Notes: generated by a model from the sequence alone, not told the origin. A DNA stretch of 64,000 nucleotides from Trichosphaerium sp. ATCC 40318 (GCA_038496445.1 JALMLS010000097.1:62001-126000), one strand, 5' to 3'; shown: positions 1 through 11,631, numbered from the stretch's first letter. Numbers and translations: made by a program.

Positions 1-1596
1 ATGGAAGTTCGCTCTCATCAAGTCTCTCACCTCTAAGAAACGAGATTAGACAGGACTAGAGAAGCAAGAAAGCCAGTTTCAAAGAAAAATAAAACTGGTC
101 TCCAAGTAGACATTTGGTTGCGTTCTGGGTACCTGTGGTAAGCACAGATTGGTTGTTCTGAGGTTGCAATGAGGTATTGTTCACCTGCATCCTTGTTTCC
201 TGTTACTTTGTACAATTCTTCATCAAATTGCTATGGCAAAGGCGTGAGTGAACTGAAAGGGTTATGTAAACGTTTTGCTTTTGAGAAAAATATTTCAATC
301 CATTAAACCCTTCAATGTGTACCTCGAGTTGTGCTACTTCTCCCATTACATCCTTGTTCATAAAGAAAGGTGTTTGGATAGGCGTGTACTCTCTCTTGGC
401 CAAAAACTTCATTCCGTAGTTGATAAGCGCTTGGTTGAGTGCGACACCAGGTCCAGTAAGGTAGTATCCTCTGTGACCAGCTACATTAGATCCTAAATAA
501 CAATTCATATTAGCAAGTAGAACAATGACCACTACGCAGATAAACAAAAACGTAGAAACTTTTTTTTCGACTGAAAAACTCTACTATTCGCTGAGCATTT
601 ACATCAGCACCAGCGTCGGTACTGATTTGAAAACAAAAAAAAAGCGAAATAAAAAAAAAGTGAAAGAACAGCACACACTACCTCTAATAGGTTCAAAACC
701 GCCAATCATGTAAAGAATTTGATGGTGATGGTACAAACCAGGCACTTTTTTAAATTCACCCCATGTTTTTACAACATCATTATCGTGCTAGAACAACATC
801 AGCATGAGCGTCAAAACAAAAATAAAATAAGATCAAAGCATTTTGGTGTTCACGAGAAAAACTTGTTTTAAATTCGGCTGTGGGAACGCACCTCATCCTT
901 GGAGATTGGGCATGAAGGGTGTACAATATTACCGACATGGTTGAGTTTGGCTTCAAGTGCGAGTTTTGTTTCTTGTACTTTTTTAACCAACTCTTGCATT
1001 TTGGCATCTAATGCTTTGGATTCAGCGCGTTTTGCGTTGGCTTCATCCTTTTTTTTCTACAGAGATTATAGGTTAGCCAGACTGGATATTTGGGTACAAG
1101 ATAGACGCGTGTTAACGAGAAAAAAACGTACTTCTTTGAACAATTTGCCCATTTCTTTAGACAAGGCGTTTTTCTGTTTTTTCAACTGTTCTACTTCGAA
1201 TTGCTCTGTAAATGTGTCAGATTGGTGTACATAAGAAAGTATTGAAGTCCGGACGAGTTAAAAAAAATCTTAATCGTGGTTTGGCGTATGTGTAACACTA
1301 ACCTTTCCTCCATTGGGCATCTAGCGCAATAATTTCATCTACGATGGCAGGGTCTTTAAAACGCGCCTTTTGAGAATCTTTTACTACTTGAGGGTTACCT
1401 GCTCATGTGTCAGCACGTTTACGCTATAAAAATATGGTTTGTTTTTATTCTTGGCTGTTTTCGCAAGAAATAAGGCAACACGTTACTACTATAGGCGTAG
1501 GAGTTTTTACTGTCGTTCAGTTCGTAACGCACCGCCTTTTTCCTTTCGGAACAAGTTAATATCCAAGCCTGTCTTGATTTGGTTTGATTTAGACAT
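1..1596 (-). CDS. SARS: Cytosolic seryl-tRNA synthetase, multi-exon, 3' end runs off the window
   Basis: Exons encode [70 protein letters not shown] and [15 protein letters not shown], which are SerRS motifs; ATG at 1596. Confidence 0.95.
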
Positions 1597-1906
1597 GTCG
1601 TCGTTATTGGTGGGTACAGAACAGTAAAAACGCTGGCTTAAGCGAATTTTTTCAGAATAAATCTTCCTTGTTACATTTGTGCCCAATTTCTTTACTCTAC
1701 AAAAACGCCTCTTATAACGTTGTGTGCTACGCACAGAATACGGTGTAAATAGTGCTCTTCTAGCAAAAACTGACATTTTTTTTTAATTTAACAAAGGTAC
1801 ACGATTACCCGACAGGTTTTAGCGCATCATGCATGATGCAATTGGTTACCCGAAAAAAACCACACAAAATAAAACCATTTTTAGTCATAGCAAGTCACGC
1901 ACGCCA

Positions 1907-1919
1907 GTTCAGTGTACCT
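1907..1919 (+). repeat. Left target-site duplication GTTCAGTGTACCT of the non-LTR element
   Basis: Identical 13-mer at 11675-11687, immediately after the T25 tail. Confidence 0.93.
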
Positions 1920-2138
1920 GGGGGATGATGACAACTCACCTTTCCGTGGTATCCCCTAATAACAACGCTATGAGCTCGTATAACATAAATACGTTGCAAT
2001 GGATCACATTGGGACTTGGTTTCGCGGCTACTAACAAACCAGGTTATACGGAGACGCAATCGTTGGCCGAGAAGTTGTCCGCGGGACCAGGTACAGTGAT
2101 GTCCCCGCGTAAACAAAAAATTCGCTCGCAAAGAGTTG
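1920..2138 (+). ncRNA. HDV-like self-cleaving ribozyme (putative) at the retrotransposon 5' end
   Basis: P1 GGGGGAT(1920-26)/ATCCCCT(1951-57) with a first G-U pair; P3 ACC/GGT; L3 TTTCCGT; P1.1 TT/AA; P2 CAACTC(1932-37)/GAGTTG(2133-38) preceded by C-A-A-A (C2129). Starts at the first base after the TSD. Confidence 0.72.
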
Positions 2139-5100
2139 AAAAGGCTGCCAAGCTAACTAATATGGCTGAGGAGAGGTCTCAGAATACACCTCAAGGCAAA
2201 ACCGGTGGTTGGGCAGAAAGACTTAAATGGTCGCCCAGCTGGTGCCACACGGCTCAGGCTACGTGTCGTGATATAAAATACGAGCAGTATAATTCAAACT
2301 CCCATATTTTACTCTGGCTTTTATGGTTTTTAAACCTCATTGTATCAACAACAATATCAATACTAAATAAAAACAAAGTTATTTTTCTCCTAATAATTTG
2401 TATTGGTTTTTTGCGCGCGCATAAAGTTGAAATCACGTTCCTCGAACCGGTGGATATAAATTTCTCACAAAACACTGCAAATCAACATCTCCTTACACCT
2501 AACACTTATAGAGGACATCAAAACGCAATAACACAGAGCACAGAATTCCAGGTAAATCTTAATTTTTATTCAGTGATTATTACGAAATTAAAAACACAAA
2601 AACCTCTTTGTTTTTCCTGTAATCGCTCAGAATCCCATTCACAGATCAAGGATTTGCACCACAAAAGTCCATACCTCGCAAAACATCACAAAGCAACAAG
2701 CATGGCCGCTCCAAAGAACACCTACTTTCAAGACAAGAAACTCAACCGTCGCTACTTTGAAAACTTAACGAAAGAACAAGCTGAAGCAGAACTTGCACTC
2801 ATCACAAACCCTGTCCTCAAAGAATCCTACCGAAACTCTTTAACAGCCATCCTCAAGACCAAAGAACAAGAAGATGTACTGAAAAGACTCAACTCAGCAA
2901 CTGCTATAGCTCAATCCATCATACTTGAACGTAATGCAGATGGAACCTTAAAAGCAGCTATTGAAGATGAACCTGAACTCATGGACTACATGAAAGAACA
3001 AGATGCCTTTTTCGCAGAAGAAGAGGAAGAAGCAACCGACTCACGTTTCAAGATCCAATGTGTAGACCATTTCTCCAAATTAATGGTTTATTCTGGCTCC
3101 TTTGTTTGCGCTTCAATGGCTCTAGCAACAAATTCTCCTAATCCATGTGAGCTTGCATTAGCATCAATGGAAAAAGAAAGATTGGCACAAATAGGAAGTC
3201 TAGTCAAGGGCTGTTTCTTCGAATGGAACAATTGTACTTTTCTCATTTATGGAACCGACTACACCAAACTTACAGCAACGCAAACCATTGACTTGGCAAA
3301 AGAAATTCAAACGCACCTCAAGATCGCAAAAAACCCTTGTCGTATTCACCAAGTTTTCCTTCCAACCTGTGAAGACATGGCTGATACCACCTGCCAAAGG
3401 AATTTTTTTAAATTCATCTACAACTGTGTTGTTAACCGCAAATGGGTAATCCAACTACCTGAAAAATTCTTAACCACTACTATCACTAACGCTTGGCCAA
3501 CCAAATATATCCCTTTTGTCGAACATACAAGAGACTTCGAAAACAGGAACGGCAATGTCAAAGTCTTTGAAATCACGCTCCATGTCTTGGAACAAAAAAA
3601 TCATGTAATCATGGCTAACTCAAGCGGTATTAACAAGCTCAAATTGATGATTAATGGCAAAGCGACTCTCTTCCCAATCAGATGTAATGTTCCCTTTGCT
3701 CGAAAAATTTACATGGGTAAACTAAGCTCCAAACATGCAGCTCACGATGTAGCAAGAATGCTCGCATACACTGGTGTACGTTGTCCTTTTAATTATTATA
3801 TTTCCTCTTTCAAAAAACTAATACCTTTCAGATCTTTGTCCACTCCGTTGTACACGATTGTTCAGCCAATGGAGGCTCAAGAACTGATAACTACATCATT
3901 GAAACTCGCAACTCCAACCAAAAAAGTGACCTCATCAATGCATACCTCTACAAGCACTTTGTACTTGAAGTTGGAAATAGATCCACTGGCGTTTTCTTCT
4001 CGGATGAAAGAATCATCAGATAATATAACAAAGACACAAGCTGACGTCTTCATACCCAAATCCCTCTCACTAATAAATTTCCTTGTTGTTATGTCTTGTT
4101 TCTTGTTACTTTCACTGTTCATACAAGCTTTCAGTTTCACAGGTAACTACATAAGGAAAACGATAAACATAATTTACTTCTCTTTGTTGCTCTCTCGTAC
4201 TCGTCTCCAAAACAAACTCTCTCACAAACGAAACTCCAAAAGTAAAAAGCTTTGTCCTACAAAAAAACTCTCTCTATCTTCACTCTCAATTTTCTTTCTC
4301 CTTCTGTTCCTTTTACTTTCGTGTACATGTAAGTTTACTATTATAAAAAGAAAATATACCAGTACAAAGACAAAGTCTAGCAGAATTCGTAAACAAATAA
4401 ACATAATCAACCTTCTTCTCATCGTCTGTCAACCTCTTATCTACATACAAGCAAAATTTGTTAGTACACTAAAACACTTAGACACTACCTCCATAAAAAA
4501 GAAAGAAGTAAAAGTATTCAAGCACACCAATAATAAATCAATTACATTTAGCATTAACAATTCACGCATTCTAATAGATCCGACATCACCAACTAAAGAC
4601 CTTTATGCTAAAGCAATCAGTTCAAAATTGATAAGCCACAATGCAACTTTAATCCTTAAAACTAAACCATTACGAAAGAATACAATCCTAAACAGTTACA
4701 ATCTAAACAACTACAATGTATTATCAGTGATTGAACCAATTATCGGTGGTGGCAGATTCAAAGACGACATCAAAATTATTTCGTGGAATATTCGTGGTGC
4801 CTTTGAAAGAAAAGCAATGGAGATTGCTAGAACTTTGAAGAAACAAAAAGTTGACATAGCTTGTCTACAAGAGATACACCTGGACATCGAAGAAACCCAT
4901 AACCAGAAATTTAGAATGTTAATGAAAACACACTTCAAAAACTACGATTACTCATTCAACTTACCAACACTTCATGAAACAAAATCAAGATATGTCACTT
5001 ACAAAGCTAAAAAGATACGAAAAAAAGAAACTAACATATCAATCATACAGCGTAAAACCTTAGAAATAAATCCAAACCGTGCTAAACCTTTAGGAGGTTT

Positions 5101-8100
5101 ATTGACATTAACAAAAAAATCAATCTCACATAGAGTAAAACACATTAAAACTAAATACCCGTTTGTACAATCAATCATTGTAAACGACAGCAGTAAAAAA
5201 TATCCTACACTACTCAACAATATATATATAAGTGCATACCATATTAATTCAAAACTTGAACAACTAGAGATACTCATGAAGTCCATATCAAACCTTAGCA
5301 CCAAGCATAAATTTGCGAACAAAATATTCATCGGTGACTGGAATATGGCTCAAACAGTAGAAGATAGACAAGCCCTAATTGACAACAAACTAGTAAAATG
5401 TCACATATCTGAACTGAAATACCTAAAAATAATAAACACATTCAAGGAAGGTCTTGGTCTGTTCGATCCAGTATCCCGTTTACCCAAAGTAAAACGTAAA
5501 TTTACCTTTAGTCAAGTAGTAGTTAAAAAAAACCCAACTAGAAAATTTCTAAGATTAGAACGCATCGACTATCTACTCACATCTAACCTAAACAATATTA
5601 AAAAGTTAATTACACTCACTAACGAAAATTTGTCAGACCACAACCCCATCCTTTGTACGCTATCAAAATCAATTGATCACCAAGATGTTATAGAGTATAA
5701 ACCAAGATCAAATCCTAACCGACTAATCACAAGAAACATAGACTTAAAAGCAATACTTGCAACACTTGACACATCAGAAATACAAAAAGAATTTAACTCA
5801 GCAAAAGCAAGATCAGATGACATATCAGTAAGTAGCGAATACAACAGTTTTGTATACATGCTAACCAGAGAGATCCATACACATGTAAAGCAATATACAA
5901 AAAAGAGTAATAAACCAAGGAAACAAGACTTCAAAAATAATGGTGAATATGTACGTATCGATTCAATGATCAGAAAACTTAACAAATTACGTAAACTAAC
6001 TTTAGAAACCACGCTAAGAATCAGTAGAGTCAACACTGAAACTAATGAAATCAACAAAAGAATAACACGTGATGGTGACAACCCAAGAATACAGTTATTA
6101 CCCACCTTTTATACTAAACCGTTAGAAAGAGTAAATCTACGTGACACCATAGACAAGAATCTTAAAACATATAAAAAATGGCTACGTGGTTGCAAACACT
6201 CCATGGACATGTCAAGAAAAAGATATTATTGCAAAGCTATGACGGAATTAACATCAAGAGCGTTGTTTAAGAAAATACGAGACATAAAAAAATATGAAAT
6301 TAATAAAGGTAAAACTTCAGAATTTGTTCGTTACATTGAAGGTCAACTTAATGGTGTCAAAACCCTCTTCTTTAATCAAAACTCAATCCTACAAGTATTC
6401 TCAGAGAAGTGGAGTTCAATCTTTGCAAGTAAATACCCTCACCCAAACCAAAAACCAAACAAGTATCAAACAAAAATCCCTGCAGCGCTCACTCCAGCAT
6501 CTTTCAAAAAATTAAATAAGAAATACAACAACACCATATTCTACAACGATATTACAAAAAAAGAAATGCTAAATGCAATACACAAACTCAAGGCCTTCAA
6601 AGCACCAGGTAACACAAATCTAGGTATGGAAATATACAAAAATCTACCAACAGAGATCGAAGACATGCTCCTCACTTTATTTAACGATTGTAGAACCTAC
6701 AAAACAATACCAGATATATGGAAATCTAGCAATCTAATATTTCTCAGTAAAAAAGGTAACCAACATGACCCTACAAATTACAGACCCATAGCACTTCTTA
6801 ACTCAATGTATAAAATATACACACAAATCCTAAACAACAGGGTAGCAACATTTGTAGAAAAAAACAAGATAATGAGTGACTCCCAATTTGGTTTTTATCA
6901 AGGACGAAACATCAACATGGCACAAAGAACATATAGACATATCATAGAAAATGCCGAAGCAAACAATAAAGATATCTTTGTCATATATATAGATTTCTCA
7001 AAAGCTTACGACTCAGTCGAATATTGGGCTTTAGATCACGCTCTAAAACATCAAGGATTTGACAATGAGATACGTCAGATAATACTAAGTTTATTCAAAG
7101 AAATCAAAGCAGACATCATTTTACCTATGGGCAAAAGACCGATTAACATTGAAAAAGGAGTTAAACAAGGGGATGGCTTTAGTCCAATACTCTTTACACT
7201 TTTTGCTAATGTATTAATAAAAGAAATTGAATCAATGAACTGCGGATACCATATTCCTAACACCAATATAAAAATACCAATAATAGCATATGCTGACGAT
7301 ATAAAACTAATAGCAGACTCATATGAAAACCTTATGAAAATGTTCAATAAACTACTAGAATGGTGTGACTTCTACGGCATGAAAATCAATGTGAAAAAGT
7401 CAGCCTTTTCATACATTTGTAGAACAGACCCACAAGCTCTTTTCCCACCGCCTAAAGCAAAAAATAACCGAATATCCTACTTAAAACCAGAAGAGTCATA
7501 CAAAGACTTAGGTATTCTAATAAACCTGAGACTAGACGCCACAGACCAAACGTCAGAAATCAAAAGAAGGCATGCTAATGGACTATCCTTAATAAGATTT
7601 AAGGGCTTTAATGCAATCCAAAAGACTACCATAATTAACAGAGTCATTAACCCAGGAATCACTTTTGTAACTAACGCAATGTTAATAGATCCCAAGATAC
7701 TAAAAAAATGTGATGATAACGCAGCAGACTTACTAAGATCAGACGCCAAAATCCCATGGAGACTAAAACCTGAAAGAATCTTTTTGAAACATACTGGACT
7801 TGGACTCGAACCATTAACTGACCTACAAAACGCTGGTTTTATCAGTAACTTGATCTCAAACGGTATGAACTGCACCAACAAAACAACAAAACAAATCTCA
7901 AACGCTAGTATACGACTAGCTCACCAAAAGTTTAATCCAAACCATACAATATGCCAGGCCACACAAATTTGTAAAAGCCTTGGAATAAAGATCATACACA
8001 AATCGGATGTATCTGAAACAAGAACAGAACATAAAATAAATAGAATGGACATACAAACCTTCAAAAACAACTGTAACATAGTAAACTCAAAATATGTTAT

Positions 8101-8221
8101 GGCAACAGACGGATCAGTAACTTCGAAAGGTGCATATTTCTCAGTGGTACTCAACACGATACTCAAGTTCAACCGATCAGTCTTATTCGAACAAACATCT
8201 ACTAACGCAGAACTGGAAGCT
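1925..8221 (+). CDS. Retrotransposon read-through polyprotein, 5' part (leader, ORF1 N-terminus, hydrophobic linker, ubiquitin-like domain, APE, RT, RNase H N-half)
   Basis: One uninterrupted frame (ORF track 1829..8230). The first ATG inside the element is at 1925, but the real start may be 2702. The frame ends at the DNA-transposon insertion. Confidence 0.85.
2702..4023 (+). CDS. Retrotransposon ORF1 (coiled-coil + RRM-like), spliced: 2702-3775 joined to 3832-4023, 421 aa
   Basis: ATG 2702 (MAAPKNTYFQ). Intron GTACGT...CTAATACCTTTCAG at 3776-3831. The spliced frame completes an RRM-like pattern, KIYMGKL..HDVARMLAYTG|IFVHSV..DNYIIET..KSDLINAYL..TGVFFS, then TAA at 4021. Confidence 0.7.
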
Positions 8222-10197
8222 CAGGTCTAAAATTCTCGAGCTGTTTTTATGGTAGATACCATGAATTTGTGGTATAATTATACCATTGATTCCAATTTTA
8301 TACCACAAATTCCAGTATAATATACCATAAATCAAAGGATTTATACCATGAAACAGCCAAATTATACCATAAATATACAGTAGAAAGTGTGAATTTATAC
8401 CATATTTTTTCACCTGAAAAAATGCATTATATGGTATAATTCTACCATAAAACATGGTATAAAACACAGTATAATACCATAAAGTCTGGTATATTATACC
8501 TTAAAACTTGGTAGATTATACCACAAAACCAGGTGTATTATACCGTGTAAAAACTGTTCTAAAAATAAAAACACATTTATTAATACATCTTTTTTTTGTT
8601 TACATCCGTGACCTTTAGTTTGCCCATGTCCTTTTTTGCAGTGATCAAATAACCTTAAAAGAACAGATCGTACTTGCTGTAAGTGCATTGAATGGATATA
8701 GCATGAAACCTAAAAGAAGAGTTAGCGCCGGCTTGGTTTCTTGTACACAAAATAAATAGTCGTACAAAAATTGCTGTTTTGTTGTGATGGCAGCACTGAG
8801 AGTACCAAATGACCTGCACGGTGAAGCCAAACCAAGACTAAAACAAAGAAATGAAAATAGCTACCAACCTCATCGGAAACGAGTTCTAGTGGAATAGTAC
8901 CTGGTTGGGCGGCTAACACGTTTTGTTTTTTTTATATCACCTATTAAGCCTGTAAAACCTATGGCAAACAGCTTTAAAACAACTACTTTCTAGCATACCT
9001 TGTGTTGTGTGGGCGATAAACTGGTCAAGACTTAGTTTTATGCCCTGGCTTAGCCAATTAGTTTACATTATCACTCGTAAGGTCAACGCATGGGTGCAGA
9101 GCCTAAATGCTATCTGTTCCGGCAAATGCGGGCGTTTAGTAGGAAAAAAACCAAAAAAATCCAAAAAAATCCAAAAAAAACCAAAAAACTCGAAAAATGG
9201 GTAGGCTCTGAAACAACTTTGCCTTATAACACTAATCGTGCGGTTTAACACACATTGGGGCATATATCAAGAATGTCAAAAAAAAATAAATAATTTTGCT
9301 CCTGATTTGGTAAATGAGGCTGTATGGCGTTGATTGAGTGTAAAAATGCCCATGGAGGGGAGAAAAAAATGAGAGCCGGAGAAAAAAACCTCCAATTGGA
9401 GGTTTTTTGCGAATGGGCATTTTTCAAGCGCTACACGCGGTTTTGGTGTGTTTACCACTGTAGCGTTCTAACATGGGGTATACGGAGTGGTTTTTTCCTC
9501 AAATACCATCAATCGGAGAAAATTGTCCAATTTATCCCTAAAACGCCCGTAATTGGGGCGCGTTACCAGATTTCTCTCTTAAAACTGTTTTTCACACATT
9601 TATATGCCAATTATGTTCAATAACGGCTACTGTCAAAGCATTGTGTGGTATGGCGTTTGCATAGGTCCATATGCTATTAAATCAAGTGCAGACTAAGTGA
9701 GCTTTGACTAACTTATACTTATACGGTATAATACCACAGTATAATACCACATTTTATGGTATAATTATATGGTATAATGCACGGTATACAATACTTTAAA
9801 ATGCAGTATAATACCATGGTATAATACTGTGTTTTATGGTATAATTATATGGTATAATGCATGGTATAATATACTTTAAAATGCAGTATAATACCATGGT
9901 ATAGTACCATGTTTTATGGTATAATTATATGGTATAATGCATGGTATAATATACTGTAAAATGTGGTATAATACCATGGTATAGTACCATGTTTTATGGT
10001 ATAATTATATTCTATAAATCGAGATATGGTATAAACATGGTATAATGGCTGTTATACCATTTGTCCAAAAAACATGGTATTATACCATGTTTTACAGTAT
10101 AATTATATGGTATAATTATGGATTATACTGAGCTTGTACCATAAAAGGTGATTATACCATAAAATATGGTATTATACCATGATAATTTTCAGACCTG
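8222..10197. mobile_element. Non-autonomous TIR DNA transposon (1976 bp), CMC/EnSpm-like architecture
   Basis: Termini CAGGTCTAAAATT and AATTTTCAGACCTG (inverted, one indel). 2-bp TSD CT (8220-21 and 10198-99). Dense subterminal ATACCAT/ATGGTAT repeats in both orientations. No transposase ORF. Excision restores the RNase H frame. The superfamily call is tentative. Confidence 0.85.
9752..10010. repeat. 80-bp tandem repeat (about 3.2 copies) in the right subterminal region of the DNA transposon
   Basis: TTTTATGGTATAATTATAT recurs at 9752, 9832, 9912 and 9992. Confidence 0.9.
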
Positions 10198-10199
10198 CT

Positions 10200-11564
10200 A
10201 TTGAACTAGCTCTAAAAATAGCACCGCTAGAAGTTGACATAATGATTTTAGTAGATTCCACATCAGCTATTAATGGCATTGAGAACTGGAAAGACAAACC
10301 AATCAATGTCCAAAGAAAAGTAGATCATGCACACACATTAAATAGAATACATCAACAGCTCGAAAACAGGTATGGTACAACAACCTTTGAGTGGATACCA
10401 AGCCACACAAAAACTGATAAACAAAAACGTAACAGACCCAACATTGCAGAAAGAATTGCAACCATAGAAAAGAAATATACAAAGAAAACAGCATCTCTTT
10501 TCATTGATCTAAACGATATCGCTGATAGAACGGCAGGGATATCTAATGTACCAATATCACCATCAACTAAAATACCCATTGGCAGTGAAGATTGGGTTAT
10601 CACCCAAGCGACAGGTACAACACAAGGTAATATATTTAGGAAGCTCAAATCCAAACAACATGATAAACACGTGTTAAATTTACAACACAATGCTTCAGAC
10701 TATGGTAGAACAAGAGAAAACTTAATACTACCGCTATCATCATATTCTGCAAACTCTCACCTTGACATTCCGATAAAATTATGGCTCCTTAAGGTACGTA
10801 CAAATACATTACCTCTAAATGAATTCCAACATAAACGAAGTAAGACTAAAGGTCCCATCCAAGCTTACCAACTAAGTAACCAAATAAAGTACCCTAATGG
10901 TTACTGTACACTATGCAAAAATAGAAATATACAATGTACAGAAACCTTTGAACATTTTTGTACATGTGACAAAATAGAAACAATAAACGTGAAGTACCAC
11001 ACAAATAGGATCATAAAAGAATTCTTGAACAAAAAAACACCTTCAACTGATGCAATAGCAACATACAACAAACATGCAGGCGGTAACAATCTTTTCTGCA
11101 AATCAAAATGGCCCACAAAAAGTAAGATACCACCCTCGAACGATCAAATAGAATTAGCAAAACTTGGCAATACACAAATAAATAAAAACATGAAAGACTT
11201 CAAAGTTTCACCTTGGTACCTCACAAAAAACACCAACAAAACGACCCATTTCAGAGGATCCCAAGGATACGTTACAACTGAATTCATACAAGAATTAAAA
11301 CAAAAAACAGGGAAAAATAACACTAACCTCATTAATGCACTTGCAAGACGCTTAAACAACATGTATATCACAACCCTTTATGCCAAATATCGGACTAGAT
11401 GTCACAAAACGCATGCAATTAAAAAGACTATCGGACAACACACGCCAATGCATTATGTAAGGTGGCAAGCTAAACAACTGAAAATGAAACAGTTCTTTCC
11501 CATTACCAACGCTATACCACTATTCCCAAACATAGTTAACAATACAAATAGGATAATTACGTAA
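10200..11564 (+). CDS. Retrotransposon polyprotein, 3' part (RNase H C-half + zinc-finger region)
   Basis: IELALKIAP..ILVDSTSAI..FEWIPSH..NDIADRTA; LWLLKVRTNTLP..CTLC..ETFEHFCTC. In frame with the 5' part once the insertion is removed. Confidence 0.9.
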   Translation: MELALKIAPLEVDIMILVDSTSAINGIENWKDKPINVQRKVDHAHTLNRIHQQLENRYGTTTFEWIPSHTKTDKQKRNRPNIAERIATIEKKYTKKTASLFIDLNDIADRTAGISNVPISPSTKIPIGSEDWVITQATGTTQGNIFRKLKSKQHDKHVLNLQHNASDYGRTRENLILPLSSYSANSHLDIPIKLWLLKVRTNTLPLNEFQHKRSKTKGPIQAYQLSNQIKYPNGYCTLCKNRNIQCTETFEHFCTCDKIETINVKYHTNRIIKEFLNKKTPSTDAIATYNKHAGGNNLFCKSKWPTKSKIPPSNDQIELAKLGNTQINKNMKDFKVSPWYLTKNTNKTTHFRGSQGYVTTEFIQELKQKTGKNNTNLINALARRLNNMYITTLYAKYRTRCHKTHAIKKTIGQHTPMHYVRWQAKQLKMKQFFPITNAIPLFPNIVNNTNRIIT

Positions 11565-11575
11565 CATTTAATAAC

Positions 11576-11631
11576 ACAGCCAACCCAACGCTTCGGCGTG
11601 GCCCTATGGTGGCTAGAGGTGGGTTGGCTGT
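11576..11631 (+). other. Structured 3' UTR element of the retrotransposon (multibranch stem with a cUUCGg tetraloop)
   Basis: ACAGCCAACCCA (11576-87) pairs perfectly with TGGGTTGGCTGT (11620-31), enclosing ACGC-TTCG-GCGT and a second short hairpin. Confidence 0.75.

Noticed and set aside
1771-1784. TGACATTTTTTTTT as a left boundary or TSD matching the 3' TGAC-T run
   Set aside because: The exact 13-bp duplication at 1907/11675, with the ribozyme starting at 1920, explains the boundaries better.
1829-1924. ORF-track start (ATG 1829) as the retrotransposon start
   Set aside because: It lies upstream of the TSD in host DNA; the open frame there is coincidental.
2060-2100. 2A-like ribosomal skipping peptide (LSAGPG) in the leader
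   Set aside because: It lacks the D(V/I)ExNPGP consensus.
3200-8172. Antisense ORFs over the retrotransposon
   Set aside because: Shadows of A-rich sense-strand codon usage, with no motifs.
8240-10190. ATACCAT repeats as a CRISPR array or telomeric repeat
   Set aside because: No repeat-spacer structure; mixed orientations inside TIRs fit transposon subterminal repeats.
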